From Ophelia neglecta (lineage: Eukaryota): a DNA stretch of 64,000 nucleotides. Both the position numbers and the translations under genes were made by a program. Under the pieces are notes generated by a model. That model worked only from the letters and a program-made list of their open reading frames with translations. It was not told where the DNA came from and did not search any database. The DNA is taken from contig OZ260665.1 of NCBI GenBank assembly GCA_965285935.1, forward strand, positions 63,922,001 to 63,986,000, read 5' to 3'. Of this stretch, positions 35,201 through 46,480 are shown in pieces (position 1 is the first letter of the stretch; every line of letters starts with the position of its first letter).

Positions 35201-36807
35201 TTACAGAGAAACTTCAGCGATGGCCACTATTTGGGTCAACTTTCTTTAATATAAGGGTGAGTCTTCTAGTTCAGTTGTATGGTGTGAGTTACTAATACTT
35301 GTGAAGAAAATAGTTCCTGCTAGTTGACCATTTAATGTTATTTCTAGATTTGTGAACCTGGTATGTTTTATGTTTTTAGGAAGTAAATGATCCTAAAGTG
35401 AAAGGTGACACCATGCTGGCCATCAACAGAGAGGGCCTCATGTTCTTAGACGCAAGAACACATGTAGGTCCACCAGTTCTGCTTTTATTTATATTTCTGC
35501 CTAAATTTTGAAGGTATTAGACATGGTGGAGATTGGAGTCCACAATCCTTGTAGTACTACCACCTAGATCAATAATGTGGATACTGCCTGTGCCATGTCT
35601 ACATCAGCATATGTTTTTACTAGCTGTGTTATATATGTCTCCAACAATATATGATTTTTTAAGTACATGTATTGCGTGAAATTTTCTTTTTGCTAATGCC
35701 CATATGCTCTGCCTGGTAAAATATTGTTGGGTACAGTCTCAAATAGTCAATGGTTTTCAAGCTTTGGTCTCTTTGATAATGAAAAGCCCTGGAGTTGTAA
35801 AAACCTTATTCCTGTATTAAATGTGTCTTTCAGTCGACCTTGGTGTACCACCGTTTCCAGGAAGTTCTTTCTTCACGCCGTGGTAATGCTGTAGATGGGA
35901 GCAGTCAGTTCTTGGAGATCAAATTAGGTGATCTCTACCAACAGAAAGTGCTACGACTAGTCACTGAGCAGGTAACTGTCAGACAACCAAACGGACTCAA
36001 AAGAAAGATTAGTCATATTTCAAGTTGGGTCCTGAAGAACAAAAATGTGTTAGGAACTCTTAATGATGTCATCCTCATTTACTCTGCAATAAATGTGATG
36101 GAAATAGTATGACATTTTACCTCAACAAAGAAAGTTGTTGACACAGTTTTACTCCCTTGGCCCTCAGTGTGTTGACAATTTGGTCGATTACTTAACTCGT
36201 TGTTTAAAGCAATGTTTAAGCCCCAGAACCGGAAGCAGCCAATTGATTGATTATGTTTAGTCACAGAATAGCTAATGATAATGGTGATAGTACACTCAAG
36301 TTTTGGAGTGCTAAACTGAGACCCTGAATAGGTAACTTTCAGAAACACAATATAAATCCATAACAAGTGTCACATGGGGGGGGGGGGGGAGGGCAGACCT
36401 ATGGCACTTTTTTTTACCATGCTCTCCAGCCTTCAAGGGGAGATGAGGGCGATGGAATTTGTTAGCCTTTAACATTATACTACCAATTTATTGTAAAAAG
36501 TCTAGTTTGTGCTATGAAATGTGGGGCTTGGGGGGGGGGGGGGTTCAATTATTTTATTCTTGTGTCTTCCACATATTAAGAGAATAATGAGTAATTATAA
36601 GCCAGTTAGGTATATATTTCATCTGCTGAATCATCAGCCTGTAGCCCCAGAATTATAGCTAAAGTGTTGATTATCTTATTTATTACAGTCCATACTGTCA
36701 AGAACTTTTGAATAAAGCACCTTTTCTTCCTGCAGGGGGCAGACATTGCTACTTTGATAGGACAGTACATCAAGATACACAACACATTGGCCAGTGATGA
36801 CCGATAG
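2289..36807 (+). CDS. MYO15: Unconventional myosin XV (MYO15-like), tail region; motor/IQ exons not in window
   Basis: 38 phase-consistent GT-AG exons (~2097 aa): 2289-2361, 2604-2737, 4390-4488, 4722-4957, 5312-5481, 5739-5811, 6282-6482, 6673-7456, 7627-7729, 13696-14063, 14219-15292, 16225-16516, 17499-17638, 18224-18359, 18578-18696, 19729-19844, 20221-20314, 20467-20517, 20863-20977, 21236-21333, 24974-25114, 26585-26676, 27989-28101, 28588-28643, 29565-29637, 29784-29943, 30681-30808, 31297-31391, 32829-32906, 33173-33269, 33494-33657, 34433-34501, 34676-34743, 34970-35109, 35207-35256, 35380-35463, 35834-35971, 36736-36807 (TAG). Motifs: VAHLEIPSEL; MyTH4-1 (ILRYMGD..IRDEIYVQLVNQT..KGWVLITNCLSCFPPS..KYVSDHAYDGY); Gln/Pro-rich linker; VRKELFTPSE; WPFYFSRMFPV; SH3 (YVRAIKRY..LSFDKGDII..GWLYGSVHGRTGLFPEDYI); YSMLEFA; MyTH4-2 (IMRYMGD..DEVYCQLTKQTTNN..YGGRKNVPS); FERM (WPLFGSTFF). 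This order matches class XV myosin tails. Confidence 0.92.
7930..9285 (+). repeat. G-rich minisatellite, ~62-bp unit, ~22 copies
   Basis: Unit approx. CCCTTGGCTGGGTGTGGGATGATGTGGGGCGATGTCCACCAGTCAGTGAGAAGTCAGGAACT, degenerate at both edges. Confidence 0.95.
9413..9705 (-). mobile_element. tRNA-derived SINE (Nin-domain-like), 5'-truncated, with TSD
   Basis: Reverse-complement homolog of 11167-11494 with a (ACCA)n tail. Flanked by a ~12-bp direct repeat CTC(T/C)GTCTATGG at 9401-9412 and 9706-9717. Confidence 0.85.
11167..11494 (+). mobile_element. tRNA-derived SINE (Nin-domain-like), near full length
   Basis: Pol III A-box-like TGGCCGAGTG..TAAGGC and B-box GGTTCAAATC. The core GGACTGGTCAACCCGGTGTCAGTATAACGTGACTGGGTGG resembles, from memory, the Nin domain of molluscan SINEs. 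Tail AAACAACCAACCAA. Confidence 0.85.
11570..11596 (+). CDS. Candidate 27-nt cassette microexon of myosin XV ((A)NLWDLLAP)
   Basis: U-rich acceptor TTATTTTAG, donor CAG|GTAAAT. It is symmetric phase 1, matching flanking exons 7729 and 13696, and contains no stop. Confidence 0.5.
15359..16150 (+). mobile_element. Non-autonomous Helentron/HINE (DINE-1/pearl-like) element
   Basis: Sub-terminal inverted repeats TCCGCGAAATGC (15364) / GCATTCGCGGA (16098); (GCC)n microsatellite; two ~151-bp internal tandem core repeats; 3' hairpin GCTGTCG-N6-CGACAGC (16119-16138); CTAGTT end. Confidence 0.8.
22320..22790 (+). repeat. Degenerate tandem repeat, ~40-bp unit (two ~20-bp subunits), ~11 copies
   Basis: Recurrent AGATAGTAAGTCATGGGAAYGAGATAGCATCTCRGGGCCAC. 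It generates the spurious repetitive ORFs 22321-22734 and 22536-22745. Confidence 0.9.
23845..24528 (+). CDS. Candidate internal alternative first (or large cassette) exon of myosin XV, 228 aa, basic/low complexity
   Basis: Long ORF in an otherwise stop-rich intron. In-frame TGA at 23818-23820 precedes ATG 23845. A strong phase-0 donor ACT|GTAAGT matches the phase-0 acceptor of exon 24974. Confidence 0.65.
26682..26850 (+). repeat. Dispersed repeat, second copy at ~29105-29260; TTAAAGG start (possible Kolobok-like MITE remnant)
   Basis: Both copies read CTTAAAGGTCTCT..GGAAGCAA..TTACAAATAT..AGAAGTCAGTAT..TGGCAAATTTACA. Confidence 0.6.
27718..27933 (+). repeat. Short tandem repeat (GAGTCACCTGGGTT)n, 14-bp unit, ~15 copies
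   Basis: Directly visible array ending ~55 nt upstream of exon 27989. Confidence 0.95.
31480..32755. mobile_element. Non-autonomous PIF/Harbinger-like DNA transposon
   Basis: TIRs GGGCTCTTCCATTTGAAAAG / CTTTTCAAATGGATGAGCCC (1 mismatch), flanked by TAA on both sides. The interior is C/G-tract and CpG-rich with no transposase ORF. Confidence 0.7.
33715..34285 (+). repeat. Highly degenerate A-rich tandem repeat (~30-37-bp unit)
   Basis: Recurrent AAACACTGG..TGAACATGTCAAAAC..AAAGGCA. Confidence 0.75.
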
Positions 36808-39800
36808 CTCCCAGGGACCAGCATTTTTGAAAAACTCACACTAATTAAGTTTTGACCAGACACTATACCACATTTAATACTGTCAGCTTTACAACATTCT
36901 TTTTTTGTCTTTCTTATCTTCTTTTTAGTAAAGGGCACATTTGTTTAATGTCATGTATTGCAAATTATTTAAATCTATGACGAGCTTTTATGTGATATTT
37001 GAGAGTAGAAAAGCTTTGAATTCTAAACAGGAAATTTCCCATAATGTGCCATAAAAAACCTGTGGAATTTGATTATGGATAATATTATTTTCACTGTGAT
37101 CTTACTGTACCAATGATTCTTTTAAGGTTTTCTACAATATTTTTTACTCCTATAATTAATATCTATATGTTATACATAGCTTTTTCTTGTTAGAATATTA
37201 ATTTTCTTACATGGCTGGAAAAATACTGCATTGAACATGTAATTGTTATACTTTACCAACCTATTCTTTGTGTGTATATATGAGAATGAGGTGTATCTGT
37301 TCATAAATATTTATTAAAGTGATTTTAGCAAACATTGAAGAGATTTTAAGCAAAAGAATGGTGCTGTTTTAAATCATATATGTATATAATGTGATCATTT
37401 TAATTTTATAGATTGTACATGTATTGGTGACAATAGAGTGTATTTGTATTCAATGCCACATCAATTACATTATGGGGTATTTAATGCTTGTATTGTTACC
37501 TGAAAAATCAAAGGAGGGACTTTGATTTTAAATACCTTAATGTCATTTCATTCCAAGCAGGTTTTTTTCAGTTAGAACAGAAGATTATAGTGTATATAAT
37601 GTAATGTAAACCTGCAGTGTTGTGCCTTAACCTGTAGATATTTATACAATCATAATTCTTTGTTGAGTTTTGAACATGTTTTAAGTTAGAAGCCAGCAAA
37701 TGTTTTGCAAGTCTTTCCATCCGGCATCTTAGACAATGATACCTAAACTTCCATAAAAGCGGTCCGTCATGTTTTCATTTGAGCACCTGTTTCCGACATG
37801 CCAAGCTGTTGTGTACAAGAAGGGAATTTATTTCTTGCCAATGAGGACAATATGTAGATTTTATCCGATAATAAGCATATATATATAACAAAAGTATCTA
37901 GATTTTCAGCTACATGCTGAAGAGTCAAGCTCCAGTAGTTGTATACAGACGTTTTGCACAAAAAACTGGCCAACAATGCTTTTTCCTGAATCCTTACACT
38001 GCTGTGATGACTGGCACCGCTCATCACGAAATGGTATCACTGTATGCTTTGTTGATGAGTGCCTCATGCTGGGGAATTATTTATAGTTTCTGTCTCCATA
38101 TCAATTCAAGATGGCTTTTGTAACAAATTTCATTCACCATAACTTGGTAGAACTCTTATTGTGTCGGGGTTGAGTTGAGCTTTCTTCAAAAATTCATTTG
38201 CTTTGATTTGTTTGAAATACCAAGTCCTTATATGGTGTCCCAAAGTTAAGCCTTTGGCAACTTTATTACCATTATTTACAAGAAGTTCTTCAGCGTTGCT
38301 AAGAATGCCATTGCTCGACAGCAAAAAGGATAATATTAAAAGGGTCACAACAGGCTTGTTCATGTATTGAGATTCATAACATCTTTTATGATTACAGTAA
38401 GATCTATGATTAAAAGGGGCGCATTTTGAAATATTCATCTTTCAGTGTAATTGAGTAAAGTTTTTGAAACTAAACAACAGATTGTTTGGGGAAATATGAA
38501 TTAATCCTTATATTGACAAAGCAAGTGTCATGACTGTTTGGCTTAAATAATGCACTATAAAGCAGAACACTTTAAACCTTTACATAACAACTTGTCTGAT
38601 TTTGGTTAAAATGTTTATTAACATGTATAAACACTGTGACTGCCAGGCAGAAATGTGTTTTTTTTTGCTGGTTTATTGTGTGTGTTATAACTCCCATACC
38701 ACATTAGCTATGTCCCCAGGTATACATGTATTAAAATGCAATGCAGTGTTGGACCCCCCCCCCCTACCCCTCCTCCCAAATTGTTAGATATGAAAATCCA
38801 TTCCATGGGAGAAGACACTTTATTAGCCCTTTGCTACTTTGTTAATCCCAATTAAAAATATGTTTAAATCAACCATAATCCATTCCATATGTTCAAGTTG
38901 AACTTTACATAAGTTATTTCAGTAGTTTTTTTCAGTTACACCATATCATATACATGTACTATCTAAATGTTATTTTTCTTTATTTTCAGCCAATTCTCAT
39001 TACTATTGATACCCTTTCCCAAAAGCATTGACTTAAGAATATTTTGAATACAGCCTAGGACTCAAGTCAGAAAAAATCTACAGAACTTTAATGAGGGATG
39101 ATTAATTGTGCAATGGTTGTTCACAGAAAATTAAGAATGTTGATTTTGAATGAAAAAATGTCTATAATTAATATTATTTGTATTTTTGAGTAAATGAATG
39201 TTGCCAATGAAGAAATAAATGATGATATAATACAAGGTTTAGATTTATGATTTTTTGTATATAATTAGATATAATCTATTGACTTGTCTAGCTTCAAACT
39301 ATGGGTTAATAGGTTAAGATAAGGATAAGTTAAGTAAGTACCCCATATTTGTTTGAAGGTTTGAAGGCAAAATAAGATGGACAAAAAATTAATAGTATAA
39401 ATGTATAAGTCCTGGTCACAGATAAGACTAAATCTGATATTGCCTTGCTGACCATGGTAAATAAAAAATGATGATGCTTTTCAAGGATGTCTCAAAGCTG
39501 ATGGAAGAATGTGGTTGTTCTATGAAATAAATACTTGATCATTTCCCTATTAGGCCATGGTTGTTAGGTATATACCTCAAAGCTTCTGGTAACAATGAAG
39601 AATGTGCAAAGCAAAAAAAAGCCAGAAAAAGTATAAGTATGTGTGGCATTCCACTAAGCTAAAGGTAAATCTTGAATTGGTAAAGGCCCAAAGCAGGGTC
39701 CATAATAAATGAGGCTCAAATAGAGCACATTTCTGATGGAATTTTCAAAATCCATAGGACCAAATTGCTTACTATGGCATTGTAAATTGTAAAACAGTCT

Positions 39801-41860
39801 CCTTAATTAACAGAGGGAATTCAAATGCCTTCCCTTCTCATTCTTTGACTAAAACTCTAGATGATGCATTTTCTCAATTTTTTGGCAATAATATATATTG
39901 CCACAAGCCCATGTAGTAAATCCAGTTTGATTTGGAAACACTGCGGGCTGATCATATTATTCTTTCAGTTCAGGAGACTTCTTTTAAGGGCATAGCTTAG
40001 GATGCATTTTATCCAACAATGGCTGACAAAGTAAAGTCAGTATTATTTCACGTGAGATTGACCTTATGACTATGTGGGTATAATAAGGAAGTCCTGTTTC
40101 CATAAACAAGATGCAGCTCCTACAAAAAATGGTAAATCCCTCATTCTGTTCCTAGCAGCCTTCTTAAGTTAACAGTAAGAAAAGAAAGCCAGCCTCAGTA
40201 ACGAGCAGAAGGCAAGTCAGCTGAACAAGTATTTCTGAAAATTTCTTTCAACTGAAGACAATATCAAAATAGCACATTTAATAGTGCTTAATTACCATTT
40301 ACTGGGCCTTGGTACAATATAGACAGGAAAATGCTTTACTGGTTGTCTGCTACATTCAGCACAGTTAATCATGCTCACAAGGTGATTAAGGACTTTATGA
40401 AGCCACCAACCACCGCTTAAAGTGGCCTGTTAACATCACTGTTATTGATAATGTCCCAATATTTTGGTGGTATTTAGTGGGGAGCTTCAACGGGAAGCAG
40501 AGATTCCAAACATTAAAACTTAAATCCCAGTGTGCAATTCTCCTAGGTCAAATGCTGGCAAGACTGGGCAATCAATACAAACACAGGTCTTGCCTGGTTT
40601 ATGCGTGACATACCTTACTCGGCCAAAGTGAGATGGCTAAGGGAGGTATCAGATTCATGCTCCTTGTTATTTGGTGTGCATTAAAAAAGCCTGTTAGGCC
40701 CTTTATTATTCTCAATATACACACTTTCACTGAGTGGCATTATGCGGTTGCATGATGCGCCTTTTTATCTATCAACCGCAGATGCCCTCATTTAAAGCGA
40801 GAAACCGTGAAAACAAGGAACTGAAACTATACTGCTTCAGAACTGCCTTGGAATATAATATATGGCCATGTATTTTTTGTACAAGTTAAACAACCCTAAA
40901 CTGAGTTTATGCTAATCTATTGGAAAAAAAAGTCTGATGGTTCTTGCATTTTTATTGGTGATACCAGTTCATGGAACTCTGCCAGAAATAATACCGGTAG
41001 TGCTTCTTCCTACCAAATGGCTCTCTGCACAAGCAGATAAATCATATATGTGCTCTAGTGCTTATTTCCAACTAAGACAGAGCCAAATCAAGCGGCATCA
41101 TTAAAGAGTGCTTTGAAAGCCGTAACCCATATTCTAAGTCATTTCAAAATTAGATAAATTTGTTTCTTGTACATGTACACAAGACAGCCTGCAGGCTTTT
41201 AGACTAGCTGAAAAAGTACCAGATGGATTAGCCAGACTGGTTACTGACACCCTATTTCAATAGGTCACAAATAACCCAAGTATTGGAAGAACTACACTGG
41301 CTGCCAGTCAAACACATGATATGGTACAAGCTGTGTATGCTGCTCTACAAATGCACTGCCAAGCTTGCTCCCTATAACTTTGTGCTCTCTTACAACCATT
41401 TATGGAAGGCTGGCAACTCAGTAGTTCCTCTGGTAAAGTATTCTTAAAGGTTCCTCGTAGTAAGAGAAAGCTGTATGGCAGCTGTGTTTTTTCTTATATA
41501 GAATTTATTTGGAAAAAGTAAAAAGGATCATTACTAGCTTACTATTTACATTGGTTTAAATGATGACCATAGTACTATGATTTGATCCACAGGCGCACTG
41601 GACTATAACCTTGAGCTGGCTGTCTGGATATCAGAAAGATCCTCTCTAGCACATCATACTTATAAAAAGAAATACATTTGTTTTTCCCTGTAATTTAATT
41701 CTTTATTCCACAAGTTAATGGACAACCACAGGATAATTTAAGCTTTTTAATTAATCATCTGGGTTCGATGTTCACATGAACATCTTTATTACCTAGTATA
41801 TCATATATTCAATGTATAGATAATCTATAGTCTTTTCATGATTTAAATGCTGGCAGTGAG

Positions 41861-44800
41861 TTATTTTTTCACTATTTGAATCACATCATCATGCGCCATC
41901 ACATGACTGAGTCCAACTCGCTGGGGGTTGAATTTAACACTTTGACCCTGAAAGAAATGACAATTTATCAGCAAAAAATTACCTTTTGCATAAGTTAATA
42001 GACAAGATAGGCGTCTAATAAATCTGCCAAATTACACTAAATATGCACTTGTTAAGAAAAAAAGTTCAACAGTACTTACCCACACTAAGGCATACTTAAA
42101 TTGTGCCACCAAGGTTCTGTGAACTGTGTGGCACTGAAAAAAATACAAAAAAAATGTCTAAATATTCATTGCAATGGCAATGGCATGGCAATGTTTTACA
42201 AGTCAATGTGGTATCAATATATCAACTTTGCTCTGTGTCACAAAAGCAACATGTGCCCAATGAGTGACAGGTATTATGAAGGGCGAATACTTATAAATAC
42301 TCAAATTACTGTTTCAGAATTTGATATTCTTTATTTAACTCAAAGATAGATATCTGCTGATTTAATAGATATGTACCTCTTTGGAGGAAAGAGTATTCCA
42401 TCAGTAATATTCAGTATCACTGAATGAGTTACAGCATTTTTCTAGACTTTACTGTACTTGTGTCACACAGCAGGTCTACAAACGTATTTTACCCATCAAC
42501 TATTTAAACGGAAGTAGCTTGAAAAATACTTACAACATGTTCAACTGTACAGCCTTTCCGTAGAATCAAACCATTTTCCAAATCTGGCCTCTCTGTATTA
42601 AATTTAAAAAACAGTGATGAAACGTTAAAAGTGCTATCCAATAGGTCAGTTATGTAAATACTGCATATCATAGAAACAAAGAAATGGATCAAGCACAGCT
42701 GCAGATATCAAAGCTGGGGAAGTGAGACCAGACTGCCTGTGAATGTCAGACATGGTCCCCCATCCCCTTCACTCATCCAACTTGGTTGTATTTTATCTAA
42801 CACTTGATAGACAAGCTTACCTCCTCGCTTCTTGGTGTAAACATTCACCAATGCTAACATTTCCCACATCACTTCTAGTAAGTAATCCAGGTTAAGCTTC
42901 ATGTTACAACTGGAGAAAAAACATTCAAAGCAAATGAGATCATATCTGTGACCAACTCTCCATGTTTTTGCATTATGTGTTCATAATCTCCCCTTTTAGC
43001 CTTTGGAAAATTGAGAGGTTTCTTTTGTTGGCTTATTACCATGTGTCTCTTTAGTAAAACTTTCATGACATTAACTCTAAGGCAGAAAGGTTAGGATATC
43101 TAGTGCAATGAGACAAAAAGAATACACTCTAACCCTATTTTGTTAATGAGTACTGTAGCTAATATAATAGGTAGAGTGGACTTACCTTACTACTACTGTG
43201 CTGTCTTCCCTTGCCAGGCGATCCACCTCCTCGATAGATATCTGATCTATTTTGTTATAGACCTAAAAGTTCAAACCAGTCATAACTGGAGCTGATTCAC
43301 CCCCATATATTTAAAAACATTGTTACATCTGCTATACTATCAATGCAATAATATTATACTAGTCTGGTCAATGATGGACAAGATGGCAGGCAGGTTGGAC
43401 TAGTATGTAAACACACATTACTACACTCTTCCTCCTAAATTCTACATTAAGTGTGTCAAATACCTAATAGATCCAGAATTATGAGAATATCAGTAAGAAA
43501 GGGGTGAAACATTGAATAGATACTAGAAATAGTCTTATAATTGTACTTACATATAAACAAGGCATATGTACACGATTTCCAACAACAACATCAATAAATT
43601 CATCTGCAGTGCTGTCTTCTCTAAATAAAACTTCAGCATTGAAAATTTCTGTCAATCAGTTAAGGAAATAGCAAGGAGCAGGGTGTTAAAAATACAGCTC
43701 AAAGTTTTAGATACAAAAAAATTAATATTTGAGTTATTGTAACAAAAAATATATTTGCTTTTGAGAAGGATACTGTATTCATGGAGGATCATCTGGACAA
43801 GTTTCTCATTCAATCTGGTAAGATTCACAGTGGAATTAAATGACAAACCTCCTCCCTTCTTAATCTGTTTGAAAAAGTGTAATACATTAATTCCATCAGT
43901 AAAAATAATCTTATCTTAAACTTATCTTAGCCATGGAGTTTTGAAATGATAGACATGATAAAAAAGCACTCCTACCACTGTTTGATCATAAATAAATACT
44001 TACCTTAAAGTATATATTTGGTCTTGCTTTGTTGAGTCGAATGCCAACACTTTCCAATTCCTTTTCTAAAAGCATTCTACAGAAATCAAATTTTAAATTG
44101 TTAATATATATCAGACTGAAAACAATGTATCAAGTCAAGATACCAACAGTATAAGAGTATTCATTGGCATAATATGAAATAATTCAATGAATAACCCTTT
44201 TACATTTCCAGCTATTTTTTCATATGTATGGTGCATATGACACATTAATGTTTGCAATTCGTCCATGTGTTTTCTTCTTTCCAATTCCTTTGTTTCATAA
44301 AGCAGATACTTTGTTGTATTACCAACCTTTGCTGAACGCCCTTTGTGGCATCTAACATCATGATGACCATGTCGGCCGTTCTGGCCACAGCTATCACCTG
44401 TCGACCTCTTCCCTTTCCCTGTGCAGCACCTTCAATGATTCCCGGTAAATCTAACAACTGGACATTGGCTCCTTTGTACTGAAATGAATAAAACAATGTC
44501 AACTTGAGAAGCTTATACCACACTGATTATACCAGTTCTTTTAATTCTTGAGGTTTGTCAAATAAACAAATGGAATTTCTAAAAAACACATGCTCCTACT
44601 AACGTCTGAGCAGAGACCAGTTTATTATCAGATATGAACGCATCAACATTTCGTGACTTGATTTTTTCATTCTCGCTGTTAATACCGCCTGACTTATTTA
44701 CCTCAATGACCCCCGGGATACAGGTCAGGGTTGTGAACTCATAGCCTGCTGATTCACTGTGAGTGGACGTCAGTGTGTTTAGCAATGTGGACTGAAGTTA

Positions 44801-46065
44801 AACAAGTCTACTCTTTATTCATGAGTTTGGTGGCTTTATAAATTATCACTGACTTTAATAATAAATCAGTGTACAGCATAAACAAATATACTAAAACCAA
44901 GTGTTTAAATTAAAATAAAATTTGTTAGGACCTTTTGACAATGTAATTTAATGTTTAAATTCATATCCTTAGACAAGTCTTAGATAAAAAAGAAGAGCAC
45001 AGTTGGCATAGAGGAATATATACAAACAATAGCCTGAGGACAATACCTTGCCAACAGATGGGAATCCTATCAAGGCCACTCTGGCATCACCTGATTTCAT
45101 AACATCAAAACCTTCTCCCTGTTTACGATTACAAATGTTATTATCACAGAACATTAAGGTACTAACCAGGTAACTAACAAACATGTAATCATGAATTTTT
45201 ATTCTTATGCTACATATTTTACCAATCAATACCCGGTGTATTTAAAATGCGCAACCACCCCAAACCCACTGGATATTAACCCAAACCGAGCTGAAACAGC
45301 AAGGTACTAGGGGGAAATGCTTCAGGATTGTTGCTAAAGTTGTTTTTGAATAACTTGCTGAGCAATCGGGCCATTTAGTAGCAAAAAAGCGAGCTAACTT
45401 GTTCACCCGTTCTCCGGTGTTAACGTTATATCGCGGCCATGACAACTGCACATCACACGCCCTCTGGTAGCGACTGCCCCGGATGTGCAGGTGTCATAGC
45501 CATGATCAAACGTAAACACCGGAGAACAAGTTAGCTCATTTTTTTACTACTAAATGGCCCGATTGCTCAGCAAGTTATTAAAAAACAACTGTAGCACCAA
45601 TCCTGATGCATTTCGCCCTAATACCTTGCCGTTTCAGCTCGGTTTGGGTTAATATCCAGTGGGTTTTGGATGGTTGCGAATTTTAAATACACCCATCAAT
45701 ACCTTTGCTCCAGATTTTGTTGTGGGTTCGAGAAGTTGTGCTCTGTATCTCGCCAATTTTGCCTTAAGTAAACCCAAGTGATGTTCAGTAGCTGAAAACA
45801 AAACAACATGCATGATTACTATAACATTTACATGTGTGCGTGTGTGTGTGTGGGGGGGGGGGTTGCCTAGGGTTAGTGGGTGGGGGAGAAATGGGTTATT
45901 TATTTATTTCTTCTGGTTCTGTTTAAATAATCAACAAGCACACTACGGAGACCCTTTTATCCATACCAGAATGAAAGGTTCCTTTATAATACTGTACATA
46001 CCCTTGTTTTTTTGGGTTTTGGCTATTTCCCTCTCGACATCCGCGATCCTATCTAAAATACCCAT
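41861..46065 (-). CDS. DRG2: Developmentally regulated GTP-binding protein 2 (complete, 13 exons, 364 aa)
   Basis: Exons 46002-46065, 45703-45791, 45047-45118, 44702-44791, 44327-44478, 44004-44076, 43774-43864, 43551-43648, 43186-43262, 42821-42909, 42534-42592, 42080-42133, 41861-41947 total 1095 nt. Sequence: [35 protein letters not shown]; G1 GFPSVGKS; [11 protein letters not shown]; G3 [25 protein letters not shown]; G4 NKID; TGS C-terminus ...DDVIQIVKK*. The MGIL start, the AQGKG motif and the length favour DRG2 over DRG1. Confidence 0.96.
43649..43773 (-). other. U12-type (minor spliceosome) GT-AG intron in DRG2
   Basis: 5' splice site GTATCCTT; branch site TTCCTTAAC (43667-43659) ending 10 nt before the 3' splice junction; no polypyrimidine tract. 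Confidence 0.92.
45234..45694. mobile_element. Foldback MITE with ~190-bp inverted arms and 9-bp TSD (Mutator/MULE-like) in DRG2 intron 2
   Basis: Arms GGTGTATTTAAAAT..CCCACTGGATATTAACCCAAACCGAGCTGAAAC.. and their reverse complement. TSD ATCAATACC at 45225-45233 and 45695-45703. Confidence 0.9.
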
Positions 46066-46480
46066 GACTGATGGTCGTTCGTTTTCCTATGCGCCTTCTT
46101 GGAGTCTTAAAGCGGATAAACTGCCTTGGTACTTATCTACATGCCGCTGACAGAAGAAGAAAATGATCAGATTCAGGTTTGTCCACACGAAACACACGTC
46201 GGACTTAGCCGGAAGTTAATAATCATGAAGACATCGAAGTTAAGGTAAGAGCAAGGGTGATGGTTATCAACGTGAGTAACAGATTGCAGTTGCGGTTCAA
46301 TACTTCCGGTTTTGGATGTTACGCAAAACCGGGGACCAGGCTAGGTTAGGTGTTTTGATTGCTATTATATATTCTCCTGGTAGAACAAGCTCCTAATGAT
46401 AATTTATCTTTAAGCTTGCATAGACGAAGGTAACTTCATCACAATATTTTTGATTTAACTATTTATCCACGTGTGATTAA
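46066..46480. promoter_or_regulatory. Bidirectional DRG2/COX11 promoter
   Basis: Head-to-head housekeeping genes with local CpG enrichment. Opposed ETS/GABP-type motifs CCGGAAGT (46209-46216) and ACTTCCGG (46302-46309), and CACGTG at 46468. The COX11 ATG exon has an upstream acceptor (TTCAG at 47020-47024), implying a non-coding first exon with a donor at ~46244 or ~46429. Confidence 0.7.

Noticed and set aside
37767-38787. Short ORFs downstream of the myosin stop
   Set aside because: No recognisable domains or exon structure. The region is AU-rich and consistent with a long 3'UTR (AATAAA at 39214).
40400-40800. Slightly GC-richer segment resembling a decayed SINE or conserved element
   Set aside because: No clear boundaries, boxes or second copy in the window.
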